NCBI GenBank assembly: GCA_965247055.1
Contig: CBDFGE010000005.1
Location: 159,781-183,780 of the forward strand
DNA length: 24,000 nt
From: Dehalococcoidia bacterium
GTDB taxonomy: Bacteria; Chloroflexota; Dehalococcoidia; Lucifugimonadales; JAGWBF01
Reading direction: 5' to 3'
Below are positions 1-7,049 of the stretch, in pieces. How positions within the stretch are numbered: position 1 is the stretch's first letter; the number at the start of each line of letters is the position of its first letter. The notes beneath the pieces are model-generated. The model made no database searches. It saw only the letters and a program-made list of their open reading frames with translations, and was not told the DNA's origin. The translations under genes and the position numbers were made by a program.

Positions 1-487
1 AGCTCCCCAGGAACTTGCCTTCCCTGGTGAACTTCTGTACACGGTGGTTGCGGCTGTCGACGACGTAGAGGTCGTCCTCTTTGTCAAAGGCTAGGCCCGA
101 GGGACCGTCGAGCTCGCCTTCCCGGGAACCCGGCGTGCCCCAACTGGTCAGCAGTCCTCCGTCCTTGTCGTAGACGAAGACCCTGTTAACATAATCATCG
201 GAGACGTACACGTTCTCCTCGCTGTCGAGGTCCACCGAGGAGGGCCAGGGCGACTGTCCATCACAGTAAGCGGGGCCTCGGGTGTCCCAGAGCAGCTGGT
301 GGTCCAGAGTGCACTTGGTTATGCCGTGGCTGGGAACGAACTCGGTGCCTTTGCTGAGGATATAGACGCTGCCGCCGGAGCCGAGGGCGAAGTCACGGCA
401 GCAGGAGAAGCCGTTTCCACCCGCCGTCACTCTACCTATGGAGAACTCGTAGTTATATACCCTGCCGGCAACGTGTCGTGTGAGCAT
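1..487 (-). CDS. NHL-repeat beta-propeller protein, N-terminal part (C-terminus lies beyond the left edge)
   Basis: My translation of the minus strand from ATG at 487-485 gives MLTRHVAGRVYNYEFS...VNRVFVYDKDGGLLTSWGTPGSREGELDGPSGLAFDKEDDLYVVDSRNHRVQKFTREGKFLGS. This contains typical NHL repeat strings (VVDxxNHRVQKF). AAGGAGAGG lies directly upstream of the ATG. It is absent from the ORF track because no stop falls inside the window. Confidence 0.8.
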   Translation of the reverse strand, partial: MLTRHVAGRVYNYEFSIGRVTAGGNGFSCCRDFALGSGGSVYILSKGTEFVPSHGITKCTLDHQLLWDTRGPAYCDGQSPWPSSVDLDSEENVYVSDDYVNRVFVYDKDGGLLTSWGTPGSREGELDGPSGLAFDKEDDLYVVDSRNHRVQKFTREGKFLGS

Positions 488-766
488 CTCCCCTCTCCTT
501 GTGCTGCTGCCATCTCGTCGTCCCAACGTGCGGTACCGGCTCCCGCCGGGGACACCCCGTGGCCAGAACCCTGACGGGGGAGATAATACTGAACGTTTGC
601 TCTGCCTTGTTGAAGCTTATTTAGCCCAGTATACAGCATTTATCGCCGTTACCCATACGGTGCTTCTAAGGTGCTTACTTTCCAAATCCGGGCCAACCCT
701 CAAGGTGGGCATTTATTTTGCTTCGCCAAGTACTGTGGCTAGTACTCAGTTAACTTTGGTTTCGTA

Positions 767-900
767 GTCTCACCTTGAGCGAAGCGAAGGGCCTGGGGTG
801 GGTCCGGTCCGACCCGGCAGGGTTTCCGGGCGCGGCACCACCCCCCGCCAGATGCTCCGTCGCTTCGCTCCTCAGCATGACATCAGAATTAGGTTGACTG
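767..900. repeat. Palindromic intergenic repeat, copy A (long imperfect hairpin GAGCGAAGCGAAGGGCCTGG ... CCAGATGCTCCGTCGCTTCGCTCCTCAGCATGAC, plus conserved GGTTGAC flank)
   Basis: The right half CACCACCCCCCGCCAGATGCTCCGTCGCTTCGCTCCTCAGCATGACAT..GGTTGAC aligns almost base for base with 6950-7018. The left arm is complementary to the right arm. Confidence 0.7.
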
Positions 901-959
901 AGTTACCGGTCTTAGAATTCGGGAGCCCGTCTCAATTAGTAGAAGGAGAAGATGAGGCC

Positions 960-1298
960 TTACCGCTGCGATTTCAGAAGTTGCAGGTAGGCAGCCACGG
1001 CATCAACGTCATCATCGGTCAACGAGATGAAACTCATCTGGGGCACCGTGGCAAGGGCCCTCTCGATCCATTTTGCCGGCCTCCCCAGGATTTCCGGCGC
1101 CGAACCATCAATTCCCCTGGCGTCGACCCCGTGACAGGAAGCGCATCCCACCCCACCCGCGGCCCGTTGGAAGACCTCGTCTCCTCGCTCGATAACGGAG
1201 GCGGGTGCCGGTGTGGCGACGTCAGAGGAGCCGCACGCCAGGAAAAGGGAATGCGCGGCTAGTAGTCCGGCGATGGCCAAGCATCTCAGTGACCACAT
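960..1298 (-). CDS. Small c-type cytochrome, probable lipoprotein
   Basis: It has a CASCH heme-binding motif (CxxCH) and an N-terminal signal with lipobox LFLACGSS. A Met (PQMSF) downstream could serve as distal ligand. Confidence 0.85.
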   Translation of the reverse strand: MWSLRCLAIAGLLAAHSLFLACGSSDVATPAPASVIERGDEVFQRAAGGVGCASCHGVDARGIDGSAPEILGRPAKWIERALATVPQMSFISLTDDDVDAVAAYLQLLKSQR

Positions 1299-1538
1299 AG
1301 CTGTTTTACCTGGTTGACGGCAGCGCGGACCTCCGCTCAGAGGCCTTCCAGCGCCGTCTCATGTATCTTTCTCTTCATATCCGCCGTAGCCATCTGGAAT
1401 GGAAGGCTCCGCTGAAGGCCGACCGGTGGGCGCCTGAATGATCGCGGATAGAGGTCGGCTGGACATTTACTCCGCCAGGTCATCAAAGGCCGTTTCCCGC
1501 GTAATGGACAAGCAAGCTGAAGGATCGAGGCGTAGGGT

Positions 1539-1886
1539 TTAGTCGGGCCGTCCCGCCAGTGCCCGGTGAGAGTGCCACGGGAGGTACAGCCCCAGCCCGA
1601 AAATGATGAACGCCAGGGGAACGTGGAGCATTTCGAACCATGCCACGTCCTCTATCCCGTAGCCGAAGACGTGGGCCTGGATGTTCCAGACCGCTGCCAG
1701 GCCCAGAGTCCACCATCCCACCCTTAGTCTCTGGGGGAATCTGGCGAGAAAGGCAAGAGGGGTGAGGATGATCAGGATGGCAATTCCCATGATCTCACCG
1801 AATAGGCCGTGGGCGTCCAGCAGGCCTCCTTCAGCTTCAGAGTAGAACCCGGCGAACAGGACCCGGAGGTCCTCGTCCTGGAACAA
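1539..1886 (-). CDS. Multi-pass membrane protein of unknown function (TTG start as listed; its N-terminus may lie in another frame, see 1837-1989)
   Basis: Three hydrophobic helices are visible (IMGIAILIILTPLAFLA, WWTLGLAAVWNI, LHVPLAFIIFGLGLYL). The frame is closed upstream by TAG at 1911-1913. Confidence 0.6.
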   Translation of the reverse strand: MFQDEDLRVLFAGFYSEAEGGLLDAHGLFGEIMGIAILIILTPLAFLARFPQRLRVGWWTLGLAAVWNIQAHVFGYGIEDVAWFEMLHVPLAFIIFGLGLYLPWHSHRALAGRPD

Positions 1887-1989
1887 CTCTGCGATCTCGT
1901 CGATCCTGGACTATAACAGCCAACGGTACTAGGACTATGAGCCATGCATAGGCCCGCGCCACCTTCGGGCGTCCGATGGTTGGCTCCAT
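1837..1989 (-). CDS. 50-codon ORF MEPTIGRPKVARAYAWLIVLVPLAVIVQD..., possibly the detached N-terminal helix of the 1539-1886 membrane protein
   Basis: Its ATG at 1989 lies 5 nt after the TGA (1995-1997) of the upstream regulator. The hydrophobic segment is followed by Arg/Pro/Gly-rich out-of-frame-looking sequence exactly where the other frame opens. Confidence 0.35.
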   Translation of the reverse strand: MEPTIGRPKVARAYAWLIVLVPLAVIVQDRRDRRVVPGRGPPGPVRRVLL

Positions 1990-1994
1990 GAGTG

Positions 1995-4900
1995 TCACCG
2001 AGTCAGGCCGTTCTGGAAATACTCGCCGGCGCGCTCCATTTCACCCATGGCCAGCGCGCAAAAGGCCAGCTCCGCCCATATGATGGAGCCTATTACCGCG
2101 CCTAAGGGTTTCTCCGCCTCCGTCATGGCCATGGCGTGAAACTCGGCGCCCCGGACGGCGTACTCCCCGGAGATGTCCAGATAGGCCGTTCCCAGCGCGG
2201 ACAGCGCCACCGCCTGCATAAAGGGGAGGCCCGCCGTACCTCCGGCCCTTAGGGTGGCCTGCTGACAGGCGATGGCACGCTCGTAGTCGCCTCTCAGCCA
2301 GGAGATCTGGCCCTGCATGAAAGAGCCGTAGGCCTCTTGCTCTGCGGCGCCGATCTGGGCAGCCAGCTGGGTCCCTTCCTCGGCCGACTGGAACGCCGCG
2401 TCCAGGTCGCCGTTCCGCAAATGGTAAAGGGGGCTCGCCAGGGCCAATAGGTCGGAGAGCCATTTGCGGTTCCCCAGCTCTTCCGCCAGATTTCGTGCCT
2501 CCTGGATGGTCTTCCAGGCCTCCTCGAAACGGGTCATGTAGATCAGTGTGTTGGCGCTGTGGGTGAGTCCGAAGAGCCTGGGCTCCTCCAACGCCAGATC
2601 GCGCCCGATTCTCGCGGACTCGCCCAAGTGGTCCATTGCCTGGTCAAACTCCCCGAAGGGTACGCGAAGATAGCAGTAGGTCATGTGAAGCTCGGCGAGT
2701 CCCGGCAGGTCATTGCACTGCCTTGCCAGGCGCTCCGCGTCAACAAGGTGCCCCTCGGCCTCGGGGAACTGGCCCTGCATCAGCGCCGTGACAAAGCCCA
2801 GCTTGTTGAGCGCAGAGACCTGCATGGGAAGGTCGCCGTACTCTTGAGCATCGTGGTACATGTGGTGATAGTTCTCCACGGCACGCGGTGCGTCGTTCCC
2901 AAAGGCGAGGGCACCGCCCATCCCCTCGTAGGCCCGTCTCGCCAGCCCCAACTCCTTCGAGGTCTCCAGGACCTCCAGTGCCCGGGCGTAGTGACCGATC
3001 GCCTCGGTGGTGGCGTAGGCACGAGCTGCCCGGTCGCCGGCCTCGACCAGGTAAGGGAGCGCCCGCGCTTCCTCCCGCGTCTCGATGTAGTGGCGGGCGA
3101 TCTCCGCGACCCGGTCGGAGTCCGCCTGCTCCAGGCATTCCGCGACGCGCCGGTGTAGCTCGCGACGCCTGCTCAGGAGGAGTGAAGCGTAGGCGGTCTC
3201 GTGGGTCAGTGTGTGCTTGAATAGATAGACCCGTCGTGGCATACGGCTTGCTTCCCGGATCAGCTCGCGCCGCTGCAGTTCGCCGAGGGGGTCCTCCAAA
3301 TCGTGGGGCGTGTCGAGAATATGGGCCAACGTCTCCATCTGGAACTCTCTGCCGATCACAGACGCCGTCTGCGCCACGCGTCTGGGCTGCTCGTCGAGCC
3401 GGTCCAGGCGCGCGTTGATGACCCCCGCCAGGCTATCCGGCACGGCGATATTCTCGATATCGCGGGTCGCACGCCAGTGGGAGTTCTCCCGGACTACCAG
3501 GTTGCTGTCCAGCAGCGACCTGATCACCTCCTCCACGTAAAATGGGTTGCCCTCCGCTTTGGTCAGTATCAGCGTACGCACTTTCTCGGGCAGGTCTTCG
3601 ACGTGCAAGAGACTGGCGACCAGCTCCCTCGAGCCCTCGTGATCCAGGGGTCCCAGTGAGATCGAGGTGTGGCGGTGGGCGTAGTCCCGTACCGCAGCCT
3701 CGTGGAAACGCCAGGACGGCTCTTGATGCCACGGGCGAAAGACCCCCACGAGCATCAGCGGTACCCGCTCGGTGAGGGGCATAAGCTGCTCAAGAAGATC
3801 GAGGGAGGTTGGATCAGCCCAGTGCAGGTCCTCGAACACGAGCACGACGGGCTGCACCCCCGCCAGCCGCTCAAAGGTCCGACACACGGCCCGAAAAACC
3901 CGGTCCCTCACCTGGGGAGGTTGGAGATACTTTACCCGCTGAGCCTCTTCGCCGGTAAGCTGGACCCCCAGCATGGTGGCGATGAATGGCGCCGTTTCCT
4001 CGACGACGTCCGGCAGCAGCTCCGCCAGATGCTCCCTTATGGTGTCGCACTTTTGGACGTCGGTCTGCTCCCGGCTAAGACGGAAGTACGTGGTGAACAG
4101 GCTCGCGAAGGGCGAGTAGGGCGTGGACATGTCGTAGGACACCGACCGGCCCTCGTACCAACTCACCGCCACTTCGGTGGCGATGCCGCTACCCGCGCCT
4201 GCCCCGGCCTGAACGGCATGGATAGCTCCCTCCGACGCCAGGGAGTGGCGCAGCTCCGTGATTAGCCGGGACTTGCCGAGACCAGCCTCCCCCATCACCG
4301 AGACGATCTGACCTCGCCCCTGGCGAAGACTGGCTATGGAGCCGACCAGCGTATCCAACTCCTGGGCCCGCCCGATCAGGGGAGCGTCCAGCCCCTCTAT
4401 CCCACGCAGCGGACCTGGCTCCGCTCTGGGGCGCACGACCCCATAGGCCTGCACGGGCTCGGTCTTGCCTTTGACCTGAATCCCTCCCAGATCTTCGAAC
4501 TCAAACAGAGGCGCCACCAGCCTGTATGTATCGGCGGAAACCTGGACCGTCCCCGGCTGGGCTGTCTGCTCCATGCGGGCCGCCAGGTTGATGGCGTCTC
4601 CCAGTGCTGTGTACTCCAGCCGCAGGTCGGAGCCAACCTCACCCACGACAACCAGGCCGGTGTTGATGCCCACCCTTACGTCAAAGTCTATGTCCCATCT
4701 GCGTTTGACCTCCTCCTGATAAGGGCGGATGCCTTTGAGAATCTGCAGGCCGGTCAATACCGCCCTCTGGGGGTCGTCCTCGTGGGCGATGGGTGCGCCG
4801 AAGAAGGCAAGGATGGCGTCGCCCATCAGGCGGGCCAGAGTGCCCTCGTAGCGGTACACCGGTGAGATCAGGTGCTGGAAGGCCCCGTTCATGATCTCGG

Positions 4901-5090
4901 CCCATTCCTCGGGATCGAGCTTACTCGCGGCGGCGGTGGAGCCCGTCACGTCGCAGAAAAGCATCGTAACCACGCGGCGCTCACCCTGCATGCCGCCTTC
5001 GGCCCGGGCGGCCTCGAGTTTCGCCAGAAGCTCTCTGGGGATGTACTGGTGGAGCCGGCCCTGGGCTGTGTCGGCCCGAGCCTCCCCCAT
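1995..5090 (-). CDS. Class III adenylate/guanylate cyclase domain fused to a P-loop AAA/STAND NTPase and C-terminal TPR-like repeats
   Basis: Cyclase strings: VTMLFCDVTGST, LMGDAILAFFGAP, RVGINTGLVVVGEVG, YTALGDAINLAARME. The Walker A motif is GEAGLGKS and the Walker B-like motif is VLVFEDLHWAD. The long helical repeat tail has TPR character. Confidence 0.9.
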   Translation of the reverse strand: MGEARADTAQGRLHQYIPRELLAKLEAARAEGGMQGERRVVTMLFCDVTGSTAAASKLDPEEWAEIMNGAFQHLISPVYRYEGTLARLMGDAILAFFGAPIAHEDDPQRAVLTGLQILKGIRPYQEEVKRRWDIDFDVRVGINTGLVVVGEVGSDLRLEYTALGDAINLAARMEQTAQPGTVQVSADTYRLVAPLFEFEDLGGIQVKGKTEPVQAYGVVRPRAEPGPLRGIEGLDAPLIGRAQELDTLVGSIASLRQGRGQIVSVMGEAGLGKSRLITELRHSLASEGAIHAVQAGAGAGSGIATEVAVSWYEGRSVSYDMSTPYSPFASLFTTYFRLSREQTDVQKCDTIREHLAELLPDVVEETAPFIATMLGVQLTGEEAQRVKYLQPPQVRDRVFRAVCRTFERLAGVQPVVLVFEDLHWADPTSLDLLEQLMPLTERVPLMLVGVFRPWHQEPSWRFHEAAVRDYAHRHTSISLGPLDHEGSRELVASLLHVEDLPEKVRTLILTKAEGNPFYVEEVIRSLLDSNLVVRENSHWRATRDIENIAVPDSLAGVINARLDRLDEQPRRVAQTASVIGREFQMETLAHILDTPHDLEDPLGELQRRELIREASRMPRRVYLFKHTLTHETAYASLLLSRRRELHRRVAECLEQADSDRVAEIARHYIETREEARALPYLVEAGDRAARAYATTEAIGHYARALEVLETSKELGLARRAYEGMGGALAFGNDAPRAVENYHHMYHDAQEYGDLPMQVSALNKLGFVTALMQGQFPEAEGHLVDAERLARQCNDLPGLAELHMTYCYLRVPFGEFDQAMDHLGESARIGRDLALEEPRLFGLTHSANTLIYMTRFEEAWKTIQEARNLAEELGNRKWLSDLLALASPLYHLRNGDLDAAFQSAEEGTQLAAQIGAAEQEAYGSFMQGQISWLRGDYERAIACQQATLRAGGTAGLPFMQAVALSALGTAYLDISGEYAVRGAEFHAMAMTEAEKPLGAVIGSIIWAELAFCALAMGEMERAGEYFQNGLTR

Positions 5091-5292
5091 CTGCTGTCCG
5101 CAGTTCAGACAGAACCTGGCGGCCTGGGGGGTTGGCGGTCTGACAGGCTAGGCACTCTACGGGCTCGGACCCGGCCTGTGCCGGGGCCACGGCCTGACTC
5201 TCGGGGGCACTGGCGGAAGGCGCCCCTTCTAGCGTGCCTTCCCGGGTCCGAAACCGCCTCCGAAGGGCAGCCGGGAGACGGGTCCACCTCAT
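5091..5292 (-). other. Out-of-frame 5' extension of the cyclase-STAND gene encoding an N-terminal CxxC...CxxC zinc ribbon
   Basis: The ATG at 5292 is preceded by AAGGAG with an 8 nt gap. This frame reads ...EPVECLACQTANPP. Removing one C from the C6 run (plus-strand G6 at 5126-5131) gives ECLACQTANPQAARFCLNCGQQMGEARAD, which joins Met1 of the 1031-aa ORF. Confidence 0.6.
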
Positions 5293-5470
5293 ACAACGAG
5301 CTCCTTATCGGTGGTCCTTTGGTGATGCGCCTGGCGACGCGTCCATGATAGCACAAACTGGCCCCAGAGCAACCCTAACCATCCCGTGTCGATGGCCTGG
5401 ACCTTCCGCCCATCTGGGTATCCGGAATCGCTTCTATGGAGTAAACTGGTAAGGTAATAGGAGGTGGCAT

Positions 5471-5680
5471 ATGCGCAGAAGAAAGCGAGCGCCCTTCGCA
5501 CCGCTAGCGGACCTTGGCTCCATGTTGGGTGGGGCGGTGGTGTTGGGGGTGGTGGTCGCCTATACTGGGCCTTTTCTCGCCATAATAAGTATTGTAGCTT
5601 CCCTTATTTTTGGCCCCGTCGTGCTTCTACGCTTACTGACGCCGAAGTCCCAGCGGGAAAACCTCAAGCGGTGGGGCTGA
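5471..5680 (+). CDS. Small membrane protein (two predicted TM helices)
   Basis: AGGAGGTG at 5459-5466 lies 4 nt before the ATG. The hydrophobic stretches are MLGGAVVLGVVVAY and FLAIISIVASLIFGPVVLL. I recognise no family. Confidence 0.55.
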   Translation: MRRRKRAPFAPLADLGSMLGGAVVLGVVVAYTGPFLAIISIVASLIFGPVVLLRLLTPKSQRENLKRWG

Positions 5681-5766
5681 GACGTTCCGGCTAGGTAACC
5701 ACATGGTCGGGAGCGCGGCAGGTCCGGGGTGTCCAAACGGGGGACATGGTCTGATGGAGGTGGCGT

Positions 5767-6873
5767 GTGAGTAGTCCGAAGATAATCTCATCGGATAGCC
5801 ACGTGTTCGAGAGGATGGACCTCTGGTCCAGCCGTATCGAGGCTAAATATAAGGACCGTGCCCCGCGTGTTATCCGCCAGGATGGCGCCGACTGGTGGTA
5901 CTGCGATGGCAGACAGATTCTCAGCGTCCAGGCCGGTGCTCAGACGGGAAGGAGGTTTGAGGAGCCCGAGGCGCTGACCCGCCACGACGTTTTCGACAAC
6001 GTCCGGCGAGGGGGCTACATCCCAGAGGAGCATGTCAAGGACATGGATATCGACGGGATAGATGTGGGAATACTCTATCCCACCATCGGCCTCATCCTGT
6101 TCTCCGCCGAGGACGGCAACCTCCTCTCCGCGATCTTCGGCGTGTATAACGACTGGCTGGCCGAGTTCTGCAGGGCCTACCCACAGCGGCTCAAGGGCAT
6201 CGGCATGGTCAACTTGGACGACGTACAGGAGGGGGTAAAGGAGCTGGAGAGGTGCGCCAACATGGGGCTGGTCGGGGCCATGATAACCTGCTATCCGCTA
6301 GAGGGTAGGGGGTTCGAGAAACCCGAGTACGAGCACTTCTGGTCTGCGGCGGAGGACCTTGGAATCCCCCTAAGCCTCCACGCCGCCACCAACCGGGGCC
6401 AGTTGTTCGATGCCGCCAACACCAAGCTTTCCCACCTTGTTAACCTCGATTACTGGGTAAGGATGTCCATAAGCGACATGGTCCTCAGCGGGGTATTCGA
6501 CCGCCACCCCAGGCTACAGATAGGTGCCGTGGAATATGAGCTCTCCTGGATACCGCATTTCCTGGAGCGGCTGGACTACGGCTATACCCAGCGCCCCCTT
6601 GCCGATACCGCCTACCGGCTAAAGGAGTTCTCCCGCCCCAGCGACTATGTCCACAGAAACGTCTCCTTTGGGTTCCAGGAGGACGCCCGGGGCATCAGGG
6701 ACCGCCAGGTCATCGGCGTGGACAACATGCTGTGGGGCTCCGATTATCCCCACCAGGAGTCCACTTTCCCGAGAAGCCTGCAGATCCTTGAGGAGATCCT
6801 CGCGGACTGTACCGAGGAGGAGAAGGCAAAGATCTCCGGTGGCAACGCCGCGAGAATATACAACCTGAGCTAG
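5767..6873 (+). CDS. Amidohydrolase-2 (PF04909-like, ACMSD/LigW-related) metal-dependent hydrolase or decarboxylase
   Basis: The N-terminal IISSDSHVFE...DLW motif and the WGSDYPH motif near the C-terminus are typical of this family. The GTG start is preceded by GGAGGTG. Confidence 0.85.
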   Translation: MSSPKIISSDSHVFERMDLWSSRIEAKYKDRAPRVIRQDGADWWYCDGRQILSVQAGAQTGRRFEEPEALTRHDVFDNVRRGGYIPEEHVKDMDIDGIDVGILYPTIGLILFSAEDGNLLSAIFGVYNDWLAEFCRAYPQRLKGIGMVNLDDVQEGVKELERCANMGLVGAMITCYPLEGRGFEKPEYEHFWSAAEDLGIPLSLHAATNRGQLFDAANTKLSHLVNLDYWVRMSISDMVLSGVFDRHPRLQIGAVEYELSWIPHFLERLDYGYTQRPLADTAYRLKEFSRPSDYVHRNVSFGFQEDARGIRDRQVIGVDNMLWGSDYPHQESTFPRSLQILEEILADCTEEEKAKISGGNAARIYNLS

Positions 6874-6900
6874 TATTCAGTCAACTTAAATCTGATACAT

Positions 6901-7018
6901 GTCATTCTGAGTCCTTCCGCCGAAGGGCGAAGAATCTGGATTGGCGGGGCACTCCCCCCACCAGATTCTTCGGTCGCTTCGCTCCCTCAGAATGACATTC
7001 TATCGAAATCTGGTTGAC
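6901..7018. repeat. Palindromic intergenic repeat, copy B (GTCATTCTGAG ... CTCAGAATGAC hairpin plus GGTTGAC flank)
   Basis: The outer arms 6901-6911 and 6986-6996 are perfectly complementary, as are the inner arms GAAGAATCTGG (6929-6939) and CCAGATTCTTC (6961-6971). It lies between two convergent genes. Confidence 0.75.
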
Positions 7019-7049
7019 AAGGTACTAGTGGGTCACCGGTGTGCTTCCC

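Noticed and set aside
480-767. 95-aa plus-strand ORF in the AT-rich gap upstream of the NHL gene
   Set aside because: It has no SD and its composition changes abruptly. It starts inside the NHL gene's SD and start region, so it is more likely a promoter or UTR region.
798-1262. 154-aa plus-strand ORF
   Set aside because: It runs antisense to the well-supported cytochrome c gene, and its first third merely reads through the palindromic repeat.
2041-5356. Many 60-200 aa ORFs overlapping the cyclase-STAND gene on both strands (for example 2559-3158, 2888-3220, 3669-4265, 4872-5348)
   Set aside because: Their translations are Arg/Pro/Gly-rich and low-complexity, which is typical of shadow frames in high-GC DNA. 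All lie within a gene whose own frame has clear domain motifs. The one exception is 4981-5292, treated above as the frameshifted N-terminus.
892-7018. Recurrent GGTTGAC motifs (892, 1312, 7012, 9627) as -35 boxes of a shared promoter type
   Set aside because: Only the 9632 copy has a properly spaced -10 hexamer. The copies at 892-898 and 7012-7018 are simply the conserved flank of the palindromic repeat.
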